64,000 nt of DNA from an uncultured Thermoplasmata archaeon. Its GTDB lineage: Archaea > Thermoplasmatota > Thermoplasmata > UBA10834. Location: positions 704,001 through 768,000 of the forward strand of contig CAVRDX010000001.1 of assembly GCA_963719945.1 (NCBI GenBank), written 5' to 3'. The translations under genes were made by a program, and so were the position numbers. Below the pieces are notes generated by a model. That model had not been told where the DNA came from. It saw only the letters and a program-made list of their open reading frames with translations, and searched no databases. Positions within the stretch are counted from its first letter, which is position 1. Every line of letters starts with the position of its first letter. Positions 27,753 to 38,024 of the stretch are shown in pieces.

Positions 27753-29636
27753 ATGACAGATTCAGACATACATTTCCAACCGCTCGGGAGGAAGACTCGC
27801 CCAAGACCAGGGACGACCCTACTCGACCTTGCGAACGACGCAGGGGTGTCGATAGAATCCATCTGCGGTTCCACAGGCAAGTGCGGCAAGTGCAAGGTCA
27901 TCGTCAGGTCTGGTTCGTCGCACATCAATAGTGTCAACAACAGCGAGAAGCATGCAATCAGAGAAATCGATATCGCTGAAGGCATGCGCCTGGCGTGTCA
28001 GGCGAAGATCATCACCGCAGGAAATATCGTCATAGAGGTGCCAGAGGAGAGCAGGAGAGGCACTCAACGACTTCAGGCGGCAGGTAAGGAACGATCCATT
28101 AGACTAAAACCTGCGTTCAGGAAGGTACTTCTCGAAATACCGCCAGCGACCCTCAAGGATATCAGGGCGGATGATGACCGCCTCCTTCAAGAGCTGTCGA
28201 AGAAGGCAAGGATAGCAGCCAACATCTCATCCGGAGTCCACAGGTCCATACCCCAGGCAATCAGGGACGACTCGCGGAGAGTCACCGTCACGATATTCAG
28301 AGAGAGGGAGATAGTACGACTGGAACCTGGAGATACGACGGACGAACTCTATGGAATAGCAATTGATATCGGCACCACGAAGGTGGTCGCATACCTTGTG
28401 AACCTCCTGGATGGGACGGTCATGGCCACGGAGATGATGCCGAACCCTCAGATTGCATTCGGCGAGGATGTGATGTCGAGGATCACATTCGCCACGAGGG
28501 AGAAGGATGGAAGCGCGAAGCTGCAGAAGAGCATGCTCGACGGAGTGAACAAACTAGTAAAGCGGTTGAGCGACAGCACAGGCGTTGACCGCGATGCCAT
28601 CCTGGAAGTCTTCGTGGTCGGAAATACCGCCATGCACCACATGTTCTTCGGGATACCCTCAGATCACCTCGCAACCGCACCATATGCACCCGCTGTCAGG
28701 ACCGCGATGTCCGTCAACTCAGCGCAACAGGGGATCGACATCTATCCATTCGGGAAGGTTTCCTCACTCCCTAACATCGCAGGATTTGTTGGCGCTGACG
28801 CAGTAGCGGGTCTGATATCGAGCGGCCTCTACAGAGACAAACACGTAGGCATGATGATCGACATAGGCACCAACACCGAGATAATCGCGGGGAACCGGGA
28901 TAGGCTGATAAGCTGCTCGTGCGCGTCTGGACCAGCGTTCGAAGGGGCTCACATCAAGTTCGGCATGAGGGCGTCGACGGGCGCAATCGAAAGGGTCTGG
29001 ATAGACCCATCCGATTGGAATGTGAAGATCAGCACAGTAGAAGACACACCTCCCAAAGGCATCTGCGGCTCAGGGATAGTCGATGCAATATCAGAGATGT
29101 TCAAGGCAGGTATAATCGACTCATCGGGCAGGATAAACGGCTCCGGGAAGAGCCCTCGAATCCGGAAGAACGGGGAAGGTGCTTCAGAATTCGTCCTAGC
29201 ATTCGCGGATGATGCCGACGCAGATCACGACATCGCCGTCACCCAACATGACGTACAAGAGATACAGCTCGCAAAAGCTGCCATTTTCACGGGAATCTCG
29301 ACTATGATGCGCAAGCTGGGCATCGAATGTGTCGATATCAGGCGGGTGTACGCCGCCGGGGCGTTCGGCACATACATCGACGCATCCAGCGCCATAACCA
29401 TAGGCATGTATCCTGATGTGCCAGTGGACAGAATCAGGTTCATAGGCAACTCAGCAGGAGCCGGCGCCAGGATGGCATTGAAATCCACATCGATCAGAGA
29501 CCTCGCGGACCGTTTGTCCAAGAAGGTCGAGTATGTCGAGCTGGCAGCGGAGAAGGACTTCCAGAAGGAGTTCGCCAAGGCGATGTTCATCCCACACAGG
29601 GATTTGAGCGTATTCCCGAGCGTCAGAAAGCCCTAG
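27753..29636 (+). CDS. ASKHA/DUF4445 ATPase with N-terminal [2Fe-2S] domain (RACo/AcsV-type corrinoid activator)
   Basis: CGSTGKCGKC...RLAC, DIGTT, FGEDVMSRI, DIGTNTE, SGPAFEG, GICGSG, AGAFG. Confidence 0.92.
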   Translation: MTDSDIHFQPLGRKTRPRPGTTLLDLANDAGVSIESICGSTGKCGKCKVIVRSGSSHINSVNNSEKHAIREIDIAEGMRLACQAKIITAGNIVIEVPEESRRGTQRLQAAGKERSIRLKPAFRKVLLEIPPATLKDIRADDDRLLQELSKKARIAANISSGVHRSIPQAIRDDSRRVTVTIFREREIVRLEPGDTTDELYGIAIDIGTTKVVAYLVNLLDGTVMATEMMPNPQIAFGEDVMSRITFATREKDGSAKLQKSMLDGVNKLVKRLSDSTGVDRDAILEVFVVGNTAMHHMFFGIPSDHLATAPYAPAVRTAMSVNSAQQGIDIYPFGKVSSLPNIAGFVGADAVAGLISSGLYRDKHVGMMIDIGTNTEIIAGNRDRLISCSCASGPAFEGAHIKFGMRASTGAIERVWIDPSDWNVKISTVEDTPPKGICGSGIVDAISEMFKAGIIDSSGRINGSGKSPRIRKNGEGASEFVLAFADDADADHDIAVTQHDVQEIQLAKAAIFTGISTMMRKLGIECVDIRRVYAAGAFGTYIDASSAITIGMYPDVPVDRIRFIGNSAGAGARMALKSTSIRDLADRLSKKVEYVELAAEKDFQKEFAKAMFIPHRDLSVFPSVRKP

Positions 29637-29875
29637 CCACACCGAATCGATCTGTCTGGAGAATCAGTCGAAGAATAATGCGTCGAGCCCTTCGAAGGAT
29701 TGATGGCCTCTGAAGATAAATCGATAGGGGGACCCCCCTTTCGAAATATGTGCACGATTAACAGGATACTTGAGAATGTGTACTAATCGGCCCCGCATAT
29801 CTTAAATAAGCTCGCATCGATGACGGGGTGACAGGCGATGTTAATTCTAGCGCGCCCGTCGGTGCATGTGAAATA

Positions 29876-31081
29876 ATGAAGGCTATGGTTTTAGGGGTAG
29901 GAGCAGTGGGCTCTGTCACCGCCGAGATACTCGCCAATTCGAACGAGTACGATAAGGTGGTCCTCGCCGATATCGATTTCGAGAAGGCGAAGAAGGCGGA
30001 GAAGAAGATATCGAATGACAAGGTCACGACAAAGAAGGTCGATGCATCCGATGTAGACGGAATGGTTCTGGCTTTCGAAGGGATCGATCTGGTCATGAAC
30101 GGCGTGATCCCGCGGTTCAACTACAAGATAATGGACGCCTGCGTGCAAGCCAAGGCAAACTACGCAGACATGGCATGGGACGTCGCACTCGACGACACTC
30201 TTGCGGGCGAAGTCATCCAAAAGCCGCCAGTGTGGCATTCACTGAAGAAAGACGCCGCATTCAAGGAGGCAGGACTCGCTGGAATGATCGGATTGGGTTG
30301 CGACCCTGGACTGTCGAACATCTTCGCGAGGATGGCAGCGGACAGGATGGACAAGGTCAAGGAGATACTCATAAGGGACGGAGACAACGGATATGTCGAA
30401 GGATACGAGTTCGCACCACTCTGGTCACCGGAGACCCTCATCGAAGAGGTGTTGATGCCTGCGACATATTATGCCGAGGGAGCGTACCGAAAGCTTCCGC
30501 CGTTCAGTGGCAAGGAGAAGTTCAACTTCCCAGACCCGGTGGGAGACCTCAACATCTACAATGTAGACCATGAGGAGCAGGAGACCCTTCCGACATTCAT
30601 AGGAGAGGTCCTGGGCAAGGGCTGCGACTACTGTGATTTCAAGATAGCTCTCGGAGACGAGTATGTCGACGCGATCAAGATGCTCGGCAAGCTCGGACTT
30701 GACTCACCCGAGAAGATAAATGTCAAGGGAGCGAAGGTCGCGCCAAGGGATGTCGTCGCAGCTGTCCTGCCGGACCCGTCGACCATCGGAGACAAGGCCA
30801 AGGGAGAGTGCGCCATCGGAAGCGTAGTCAAGGGAGAGAAGGATGGCAAGGACGTGGGATACTTCATATGGACCCAGCTGAACCATGAGGACACCTACAA
30901 GAAATACGGGCACAGCGCGACGGCCTACTCGGTAGGAGTCCCTCTCGCGATCGCAGGGATACTCTTCGCTCAGGGCAAGATAACCCAGAAAGGAGTGTTC
31001 CCGCCGGAGATGATGGACCCGAAGCCTTTCGTCGATATGCTCCCGAAGTTCGGCATGAACTGCCTCGAGAAGAAACTCTGA
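29876..31081 (+). CDS. Saccharopine dehydrogenase family protein (carboxy(nor)spermidine or lysine dehydrogenase-like)
   Basis: GVGAVG Rossmann motif, GLGCDPGLSN, WSPETLIEE, HEEQETLP, GVFPPE. Confidence 0.85.
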   Translation: MKAMVLGVGAVGSVTAEILANSNEYDKVVLADIDFEKAKKAEKKISNDKVTTKKVDASDVDGMVLAFEGIDLVMNGVIPRFNYKIMDACVQAKANYADMAWDVALDDTLAGEVIQKPPVWHSLKKDAAFKEAGLAGMIGLGCDPGLSNIFARMAADRMDKVKEILIRDGDNGYVEGYEFAPLWSPETLIEEVLMPATYYAEGAYRKLPPFSGKEKFNFPDPVGDLNIYNVDHEEQETLPTFIGEVLGKGCDYCDFKIALGDEYVDAIKMLGKLGLDSPEKINVKGAKVAPRDVVAAVLPDPSTIGDKAKGECAIGSVVKGEKDGKDVGYFIWTQLNHEDTYKKYGHSATAYSVGVPLAIAGILFAQGKITQKGVFPPEMMDPKPFVDMLPKFGMNCLEKKL

Positions 31082-31095
31082 TTCAAGAAACCAAC

Positions 31096-31133
31096 GCAGA
31101 AGGTCAGCGACCTTCTGCATCAATGATTTTTTT
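31096..31133 (+). terminator. Hairpin plus T7 terminator
   Basis: GCAGAAGGTC-AGC-GACCTTCTGC, then TTTTTTT 8 nt later. Confidence 0.7.
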
Positions 31134-31205
31134 CATCCATCGAAGTTCCAGATGGTCTCGATTTTCAGAATCCACAATATAGTTGATAAGCATTAGACAT
31201 CCGCG

Positions 31206-32423
31206 ATGAATGAGGGCGACAAGAGGATCCGAAGGTTCTACATCTTCAGAGCAGTCACATCATTCTCGCTCTGGATACCATTCTGGAGCCTATGGGCCTA
31301 CAAGAACCTCGACAGCCTATTCCTACTGACGGTCGTCGATGCCGTGTTCTGGAGCACGATAATCCTGTTCCAGTTGCCGGCTGGACTTCTGGGTGACAAA
31401 TTCGGGAGAAAGGCGGTCCTATTCACAGGAGAGATACTATTCTCGGTTGGAGTCCTGGCATTCGGGCTAAGCAACTCATTCGAAGAATACCTCATATCCA
31501 ATGTGGTATGGGCTCTGGGAGTGTGCTTCCTCATCAGCGGGGATACGCCGTTCCTCTATGATACCCTCCTCGAACTGGACAGAGGTGCAGACTTCATACA
31601 TGTCATGGGGACCGCGAACGCTGTTATGTTCATGACGAGCGCAGCTGCATGCGCGGTCGGAGGATTCATCGTCTCCGTGACGAACAGGATAGAACTGACG
31701 CTCATCATCGCATCATTAGTCGCGATAACGGGCACGTTCACCGTGGTCTTCCTGAGAGAGCCAAAGGTAGACCGGAGGTTCCAACAATCATATCGGGCTC
31801 AGCTCGGCACGGGATTCAAACAGGTCCTCAAATCCAGGCCGATCATAGTCCTCATCCTTTTCCAGATAGTGCTCGAGCTGGGCATCTACGTGATGATGAT
31901 CTTCAGATCGGTCTACATGAACGTGCAGCTGCGTCTCAACTTCCTGGAGATCGGATTGTTCTTTGCAAGCTTCGCATTAGTCGGAGGGCTGTTCACGATA
32001 CTGGCTGGCAGGATAGAGGGATGGCTCAAGGAAAAGCGCACGCTTATGTTCATGTTCGTCACCATGATATTCTCGTTTGCAGTCGTGTTCTTGGTCAGAT
32101 CTTCGGTAGCGGTCTCCACTCAGTACCTGATGTACATAATAACCGGGTTGCAGGCACCGATCATCAACGCGTACATAAACCGCCTTGTGGACTCATCTCA
32201 TCGTTCGACAGTAATGGGCATTGCAAGCATGATGTTCACCATCATGGTCGTGATAGTCGAGGTATCAATAGGGTGGATAGCGTCCATATGGGGGCTTGAG
32301 GAGAGCCTATTGATATTGGCGCTAGCGGTCACACCTGTCGGCATAATCCTGCTGTACCTCTGGAACAAAGAGGTCGATAAGTTCATGAGGAAACCGGTCA
32401 GACGCGACGCGCCTCTAGAGTGA
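31206..32423 (+). CDS. MFS transporter
   Basis: About 12 TM helices; GLLGDKFGRK motif A. Confidence 0.9.
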   Translation: MNEGDKRIRRFYIFRAVTSFSLWIPFWSLWAYKNLDSLFLLTVVDAVFWSTIILFQLPAGLLGDKFGRKAVLFTGEILFSVGVLAFGLSNSFEEYLISNVVWALGVCFLISGDTPFLYDTLLELDRGADFIHVMGTANAVMFMTSAAACAVGGFIVSVTNRIELTLIIASLVAITGTFTVVFLREPKVDRRFQQSYRAQLGTGFKQVLKSRPIIVLILFQIVLELGIYVMMIFRSVYMNVQLRLNFLEIGLFFASFALVGGLFTILAGRIEGWLKEKRTLMFMFVTMIFSFAVVFLVRSSVAVSTQYLMYIITGLQAPIINAYINRLVDSSHRSTVMGIASMMFTIMVVIVEVSIGWIASIWGLEESLLILALAVTPVGIILLYLWNKEVDKFMRKPVRRDAPLE

Positions 32424-32577
32424 GATTCCTCAACCACATGACTGCCCCTCATTCCGAGTGTAAAAAATGGGGGGAGAAGTGTAAGAAAAGGAACGGTCGC
32501 ACCATAGTTAAATGTTACCATTATCAAAATTGATAAATCTAGTCTGAGAGAATCAATCCTGCCTCGAAATAGTCATT

Positions 32578-35019
32578 TCACTTCTTCGCTTCGAGTGCCT
32601 TCTCTTTCTCGGCGACCAGGAGTCTAGTGCGTATGACCGTATCAGAGTTGAGTGACATGCTATCGATACCACACTCGACCAGGAACTCTGCGAACTCCGG
32701 GAAATCGGACGGCGCCTGACCGCAGATGCCGATCTTCTTGCCCTTTGCCTTCACGGTCTTGATCACGCTGGATATCATCCTCTTCACCGCGGGGCTTCTT
32801 TCATCGTAGAGTCCAGCGACCAATTCGGAGTCGCGGTCCAGCCCCAACATCAGTTGAGTGAGGTCGTTCGATCCAATCGAGAAGCCGTCGAACACCTCAG
32901 CGAACTCATCTGCCAGCACGACATTGGATGGTATCTCGCACATGACGTAGACCTCGAGACCCATCTGCCCTTGCTCCAGTCCGAATTCCTTCATCGTCTT
33001 GATGACCTTGCGACCCTCGTCAGGAGTCCTGCAGAACGGAACCATCACTTTCACGTTCATCAGACCTTTCTTCTCGCGAACCTGCTTCAGGGCCATGCAC
33101 TCAAGTCTGAACGCGGCCTTGAACTTCGGGTCGTAGAACCTCGACGCACCTCGCCATCCGATCATCGGGTTCGATTCCACTGGTTCGTAGAACTTGCCGC
33201 CTATCAGGTTGGCATATTCGTTCGATTTGAAATCCGAGAGACGAACAATCACATCACGCGGGTAGAAGGTGGCAGCGATCTTGCCTATGCCCCATGCGAG
33301 CTTGTCGAGGAAGAACTCATCCTTGCGGTCATAACCGTGAGTTCTCTCCTCAATCAACTCCACCACTTTGGCAACCTCGGGTTCGTGAGCTGCACGTTCC
33401 TTGAGCTTGTCGAATTCGATTAATGCGAGAGGATGTATCCCTATGTGCGAGGCGATGATGACCTCAAGCCGAGCGAGGCCAACACCATCGCATGGTATCT
33501 GACCCTGCGTGAACACATGCTCTGGAACTGCGACGTTCATCAGGATCTTGGTGCGGGTCGTCGGCATGTCTTTGAGATTGGTGCGGTCCACACGGAATTT
33601 TAGGTCACCCTCGTAGACTCGACCTTCGCCTTCCGATGTGTCGACGGTCACGAACTGACCGTCTCGGAGTATGGATGTAGCATTTCCAGAACCGATGATG
33701 CAAGGTATTCCGAGCTCTCTCGAGACAATGGCAGCATGACAAGTACGGCCGCCGCGGTCGGTGACGATCGCGGATGCGATCCTCATTATTGGTTCCCAGT
33801 CAGGATCGGTCTTGTCTGTGACAAGCACCTCACCCTTCTTGAACTCCGAAATCTCGTAGGCGCTCTCCAGAACGTTCACCTTGCCCTTGCCGATCTTCGA
33901 ACCGACGGCCTCTCCAGTGAGAAGAAGCTTGCCGTTTCCTTCCAGAACATACGTCTCAAGGATGTTCTCTATCTTGGACGCGTGCACCGTCTCTGGCCTG
34001 GCCTGGACGATGTACAGTTCGCCGGTGAGACCGTCCTTCGCCCATTCGATGTCCATCGGCTTCTTGTAATGGGATTCGATAATGATCGCCCATTCGGCGA
34101 GCTGCACGATCTCCGCATTGTCCAGCACGAATCGCTGTCGATCCGCGACCGAGACTTCCGCATCCATCATCCCGCCCTTCGGTGCATAGATCATCTTGTG
34201 CTGCTTGCTGCCGAGCTTCTTCTCTATGATCGGGTCTTCGAATTTGCCCAGACAGGGTTTGAACACGTAGAATTGATCGGGGTTCACCGCACCCTGAACG
34301 ATCATCTCGCCCAGGCCCCAGGAACCCGTCACGTATACGACCTTGTCGAACCCACTTTCCGTGTCGAGTGTGAACATGACGCCCGAACAGGCCTTGTCGC
34401 TCCGGACCATCCTCTGGACACCGACTGAGAGAGCGTTATCCAGCTGGCTGAAACCCTTGTGAGCCCTGTAAGCGATTGCGCGGTCTGTGAATAGACTCGC
34501 GAAACACTGCTTCATGGCTTTGAGCACATTCGTCTCGCCTCGGACGTTCAGAATCGTTTCATGCTGTCCCGCGAATGATGCACCATCCAGATCCTCGGAT
34601 GTCGCACTTGAACGAATTGCCACGCTAGGATTATCCATGTGTAAGCGTCTTCCTAGCTCCCAATAACCATACTCAATCTCCCTGCGGATGTTCTCAGGGA
34701 ACTCCGCCTCGAGGAAGGCCTTGCGCACCTTGGAACCACGTGCGGCCACATCGCTGGGGTTATCGGGGTCGATCCCCTCGAGTATCGTCTTGATCTTCAC
34801 CTCAAGGTCCGCTGCTTTCACGAATTCTTTGAATGATTTAGTAGTGACTGCAAAACCTTCTGGCACTCTAATGCCGTTGCTAGTGAGGTGCCTCAACATC
34901 TCGCCCAGAGATGCGTTCTTGCCGCCCACCTTGTCGATATCCTTGAGGCCTATCTGATCCAACCATAGCAGATGCTCGTTGGTCCTTTTCTCTGAGTTAT
35001 TGGCCCCCAATGGCATCAT
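32578..35019 (-). CDS. ppsA: Phosphoenolpyruvate synthase
   Basis: VGGKNASLGEM, RSSATSED, GGRTCHAAIVSRELG, SIGSNDLTQ, GICGQAPSD. Confidence 0.96.
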   Translation of the reverse strand: MMPLGANNSEKRTNEHLLWLDQIGLKDIDKVGGKNASLGEMLRHLTSNGIRVPEGFAVTTKSFKEFVKAADLEVKIKTILEGIDPDNPSDVAARGSKVRKAFLEAEFPENIRREIEYGYWELGRRLHMDNPSVAIRSSATSEDLDGASFAGQHETILNVRGETNVLKAMKQCFASLFTDRAIAYRAHKGFSQLDNALSVGVQRMVRSDKACSGVMFTLDTESGFDKVVYVTGSWGLGEMIVQGAVNPDQFYVFKPCLGKFEDPIIEKKLGSKQHKMIYAPKGGMMDAEVSVADRQRFVLDNAEIVQLAEWAIIIESHYKKPMDIEWAKDGLTGELYIVQARPETVHASKIENILETYVLEGNGKLLLTGEAVGSKIGKGKVNVLESAYEISEFKKGEVLVTDKTDPDWEPIMRIASAIVTDRGGRTCHAAIVSRELGIPCIIGSGNATSILRDGQFVTVDTSEGEGRVYEGDLKFRVDRTNLKDMPTTRTKILMNVAVPEHVFTQGQIPCDGVGLARLEVIIASHIGIHPLALIEFDKLKERAAHEPEVAKVVELIEERTHGYDRKDEFFLDKLAWGIGKIAATFYPRDVIVRLSDFKSNEYANLIGGKFYEPVESNPMIGWRGASRFYDPKFKAAFRLECMALKQVREKKGLMNVKVMVPFCRTPDEGRKVIKTMKEFGLEQGQMGLEVYVMCEIPSNVVLADEFAEVFDGFSIGSNDLTQLMLGLDRDSELVAGLYDERSPAVKRMISSVIKTVKAKGKKIGICGQAPSDFPEFAEFLVECGIDSMSLNSDTVIRTRLLVAEKEKALEAKK

Positions 35020-35386
35020 TTGCCCCGCCCGAAGCAGATTCTCGCCAGACGCTCGGTCAATATCCCGCACATACGCAACCATCATCACCTTTTAAATGCG
35101 ACCTGCGGGCTCGTCCAAACGACCCCGAATCGGTCAATCAACCCCCGGCTCAGTCGCCAGGTTCTCCACGGAGTCACTTGCGATACTGGGATAAATGCCG
35201 AGGGGTTAATAACATTTCCCAGATACATCGCGAGACCGGAAGGAAAACGGCGTGATTCGTATCATCAATGCCAGGCAAGTCATGCATAATTATGTGCAAC
35301 ACAATGACGTGGATCAAGATCGCTCTCACCTCGCTGGGGAAACAAATTATGCAACGTTCGCGTTTCCAGCATTCGGAGAATGAGCA

Positions 35387-36490
35387 GTGAGAGTCGCGAT
35401 GCTGACATACAGCACAAGAGCGAGAGGAGGCGTCGTCCACGCCATCAAATTGGCGGAGAGACTCCACAGAAGAGGTACAGATGTACGGCTCTATTCCCTT
35501 GCTCGGGATGATGATCCATCTGCGCGCGAAGGATATTTCAGAGATGTGGAAGTGCCGTTTGAAATCATCCCATATCGATGGCATCCAGACCTGATGACCA
35601 GACTGGAGAACATGATCTCTGCATATTCATCAAATCTGCCTTCGGATGCAGACATCTATCATGCCCAGGACTGCGTCGGCGGGACTGCGCTCATGAGAAT
35701 GAAGGATGAGGGCAGGATCTCAGCACCCGTCTTCAGGACCATTCATCACGTGGACGATTTTGCCGAGCCGTTGCTGTTCGAATTCGAGAAGCGAGCGGTC
35801 GCCAATGCGGATCACAGGTTCGTGGTCTCGCAATATTGGAAAGATGTGCTCAAGAGAGAATACGGATACGACTCGATCATAATCTATAATGGACTTGACG
35901 CAAAGGATTTCGCAACCATGCCGAAAAGGAGATCCACGGTACCAACAGTACTCTTCGTAGGCGGTCTCGAACCGCGCAAAGGCCTTGAGCATCTGTTCCT
36001 CGCGATGGAGCGCGTGAGCAAAGACCAGCCAACCGCAAGATTGGTGGCGGTTGCCAAAGCGGGCTTCCGCGGAGTAGACAATGCTTCATGGTTCGAGACA
36101 CTGGCAGATAGGATCGGCATCAGGGACAGGATAATCATGCTTGAGTCCGTGGAACAGCAGGATCTTATGCAACTCTATGCGGACTCAGACTTGCTGGTGC
36201 TGCCCTCGAGGAACGAAGGCTGGGGGCTTTCGTTGATGGAAGCCATGGCCTGCGGGAAGCCCGTGGTTGCGTCGAGGGTGGGAGGGATACCAGAACTTGT
36301 CAGGGACGGTATCGAGGGCATCCTTGTAGAGCAGGGTGATGTCATATCCCTCGCTGAAGCCATATCCAGAATCCTTGAGGATTCGAACCTGGCAGATAAA
36401 CTGGGACAAGCTGGAAGAGACAGGATCAAGCAGTTCACCTGGGACTCAGCCGCAGACACTGTTCTCGCCGAATATCGACGAGCGATCTAG
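35387..36490 (+). CDS. GT4 glycosyltransferase, MSMEG_0565-like
   Basis: LTYSTRARGGVVHA, HAQDC, RTIHHVDDF, GGLEPRKG, EGWGLSLMEAMA. Confidence 0.85.
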   Translation: MRVAMLTYSTRARGGVVHAIKLAERLHRRGTDVRLYSLARDDDPSAREGYFRDVEVPFEIIPYRWHPDLMTRLENMISAYSSNLPSDADIYHAQDCVGGTALMRMKDEGRISAPVFRTIHHVDDFAEPLLFEFEKRAVANADHRFVVSQYWKDVLKREYGYDSIIIYNGLDAKDFATMPKRRSTVPTVLFVGGLEPRKGLEHLFLAMERVSKDQPTARLVAVAKAGFRGVDNASWFETLADRIGIRDRIIMLESVEQQDLMQLYADSDLLVLPSRNEGWGLSLMEAMACGKPVVASRVGGIPELVRDGIEGILVEQGDVISLAEAISRILEDSNLADKLGQAGRDRIKQFTWDSAADTVLAEYRRAI

Positions 36491-37926
36491 GATTGCGCGA
36501 AGCCGTCCATGAAATGCACCATGAACTTCTCAGCTTCTGCAAGGCCGGCGATCTTCTTGTTTCCCTCGACCACCATGTACTCGTTCGGGCTGTGAGCGAG
36601 GTCGCTATGACCGATCCCGCTCATTGTGAACGGCAATTTGAGGAACCTGTTGAATACATAGAATGGCACCGCACCTCCGCTGTTGGGCCATATATCAGGA
36701 TCCTGGCCAAATGCTTTGAATGACCGGATTATCGATTGGACGACTGGCTCCTTCACGCTTGCCCTGCAGCAATCATAGCCGGTGTCGACCTCGGTCAATT
36801 CGATGTCCTTGTAGCCATGCGCATCCAGATGCTTGCGGACGAGCGGGATCATGTCCTTCTTCTCTTGGTTCGGGACGAGTCTGATATCAATCTTGCATGT
36901 GACCTCGTGAGGTAATACCGTCTTAGATCCTCGATCCATGTAGCCGCCCCAGATACCGTCGAGGTTCAGTGTGGTGCTGTATAGGAATTTCTTTATCAAT
37001 GCCTCTTTGTCGTCCTCTGGCAACATGAAGTTCTTCACTTTCATCCCCGACTTGAAAGAGCGTGAATCGAACCTCTTCGCGAGTTCCCTTATCAGCTCAT
37101 CGTCCTCCTCAAGTGGAGGTGCCATCTTGTCATGGAAACCTTCGATTAGTATCTTGCTTCCGTTCTCAGCAGACATCGTGCCAAGCGCATCCACCAACCG
37201 CCATACGGGGCTGTCGACCCAAGCCTTATGACTGCTGTGGATTCCGAACTCCTGCGGACCTCTGCCCCACTTCTTGCCGGAGGATTTGAGCTCGAAATAG
37301 ACAACGCCTTTCACGCCAAGGTACAAATTGGAGGCGCCGTCCGAATCCTGGCCAAAGAATGGAAAATAGCAGGCATCCGCCTTCGAAAGACGCTTCTTAT
37401 CCGTCTTGACATAGGCAGGAAGGTTCGTACTTCCCAACTCCTCCTCACCTTCAGCAACGAGGATCAGGTTCACGGGCGGCCGGCCGACAGATTTGTTGCA
37501 TGCTTCAACAGAATTCAAGAAAGCAGCTAGCGGTCCCTTCGTGTTATCAGCGCCGCGGTTCACGATCGCCTTCACCTTGCCCGATGGCAGCCTCTTCTCG
37601 ACGATCTTCGCTTCCATGGGTGGATGGTCCCAACCAGGCTCGTTGAAAGGCATCGTGTCGTACATGAAGTAACCTAGCAGGGTCTTGTCGGACGAGCCTT
37701 TGCACACGCCATAGACGACCGGATTCCCTTTGGTCTCGATGACCTCGACCTTGTCACAACCGACCTCCTCATAAAGCTTGGCGACCAGTTCAGCGCATTC
37801 AACGACGCCAAGTCCCTCCTGGCTCGAGCTGGGCTGCTTCAGCAAACGCCTAGTTCGGGCAATGTGTCCCTTGATGTCCTTATCGATACGCGCATAGACT
37901 TCCTCGAGCTTCTTCCCGTCGTCCAT
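36487..37926 (-). CDS. M20 family metallopeptidase/amidohydrolase
   Basis: MYDTMP, RGADNTKG, EGEEELGS, AHSPNEY. Confidence 0.9.
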   Translation of the reverse strand: MDDGKKLEEVYARIDKDIKGHIARTRRLLKQPSSSQEGLGVVECAELVAKLYEEVGCDKVEVIETKGNPVVYGVCKGSSDKTLLGYFMYDTMPFNEPGWDHPPMEAKIVEKRLPSGKVKAIVNRGADNTKGPLAAFLNSVEACNKSVGRPPVNLILVAEGEEELGSTNLPAYVKTDKKRLSKADACYFPFFGQDSDGASNLYLGVKGVVYFELKSSGKKWGRGPQEFGIHSSHKAWVDSPVWRLVDALGTMSAENGSKILIEGFHDKMAPPLEEDDELIRELAKRFDSRSFKSGMKVKNFMLPEDDKEALIKKFLYSTTLNLDGIWGGYMDRGSKTVLPHEVTCKIDIRLVPNQEKKDMIPLVRKHLDAHGYKDIELTEVDTGYDCCRASVKEPVVQSIIRSFKAFGQDPDIWPNSGGAVPFYVFNRFLKLPFTMSGIGHSDLAHSPNEYMVVEGNKKIAGLAEAEKFMVHFMDGFAQS

Positions 37927-38024
37927 GTCAATCGAAGGACATTATGACATCTTTCTGTAAAAGGGTTTCCGAAAGACTACCGAGGCCAAAGCCAAGATAT
38001 ACATGAACAACATGACAGGATTTG

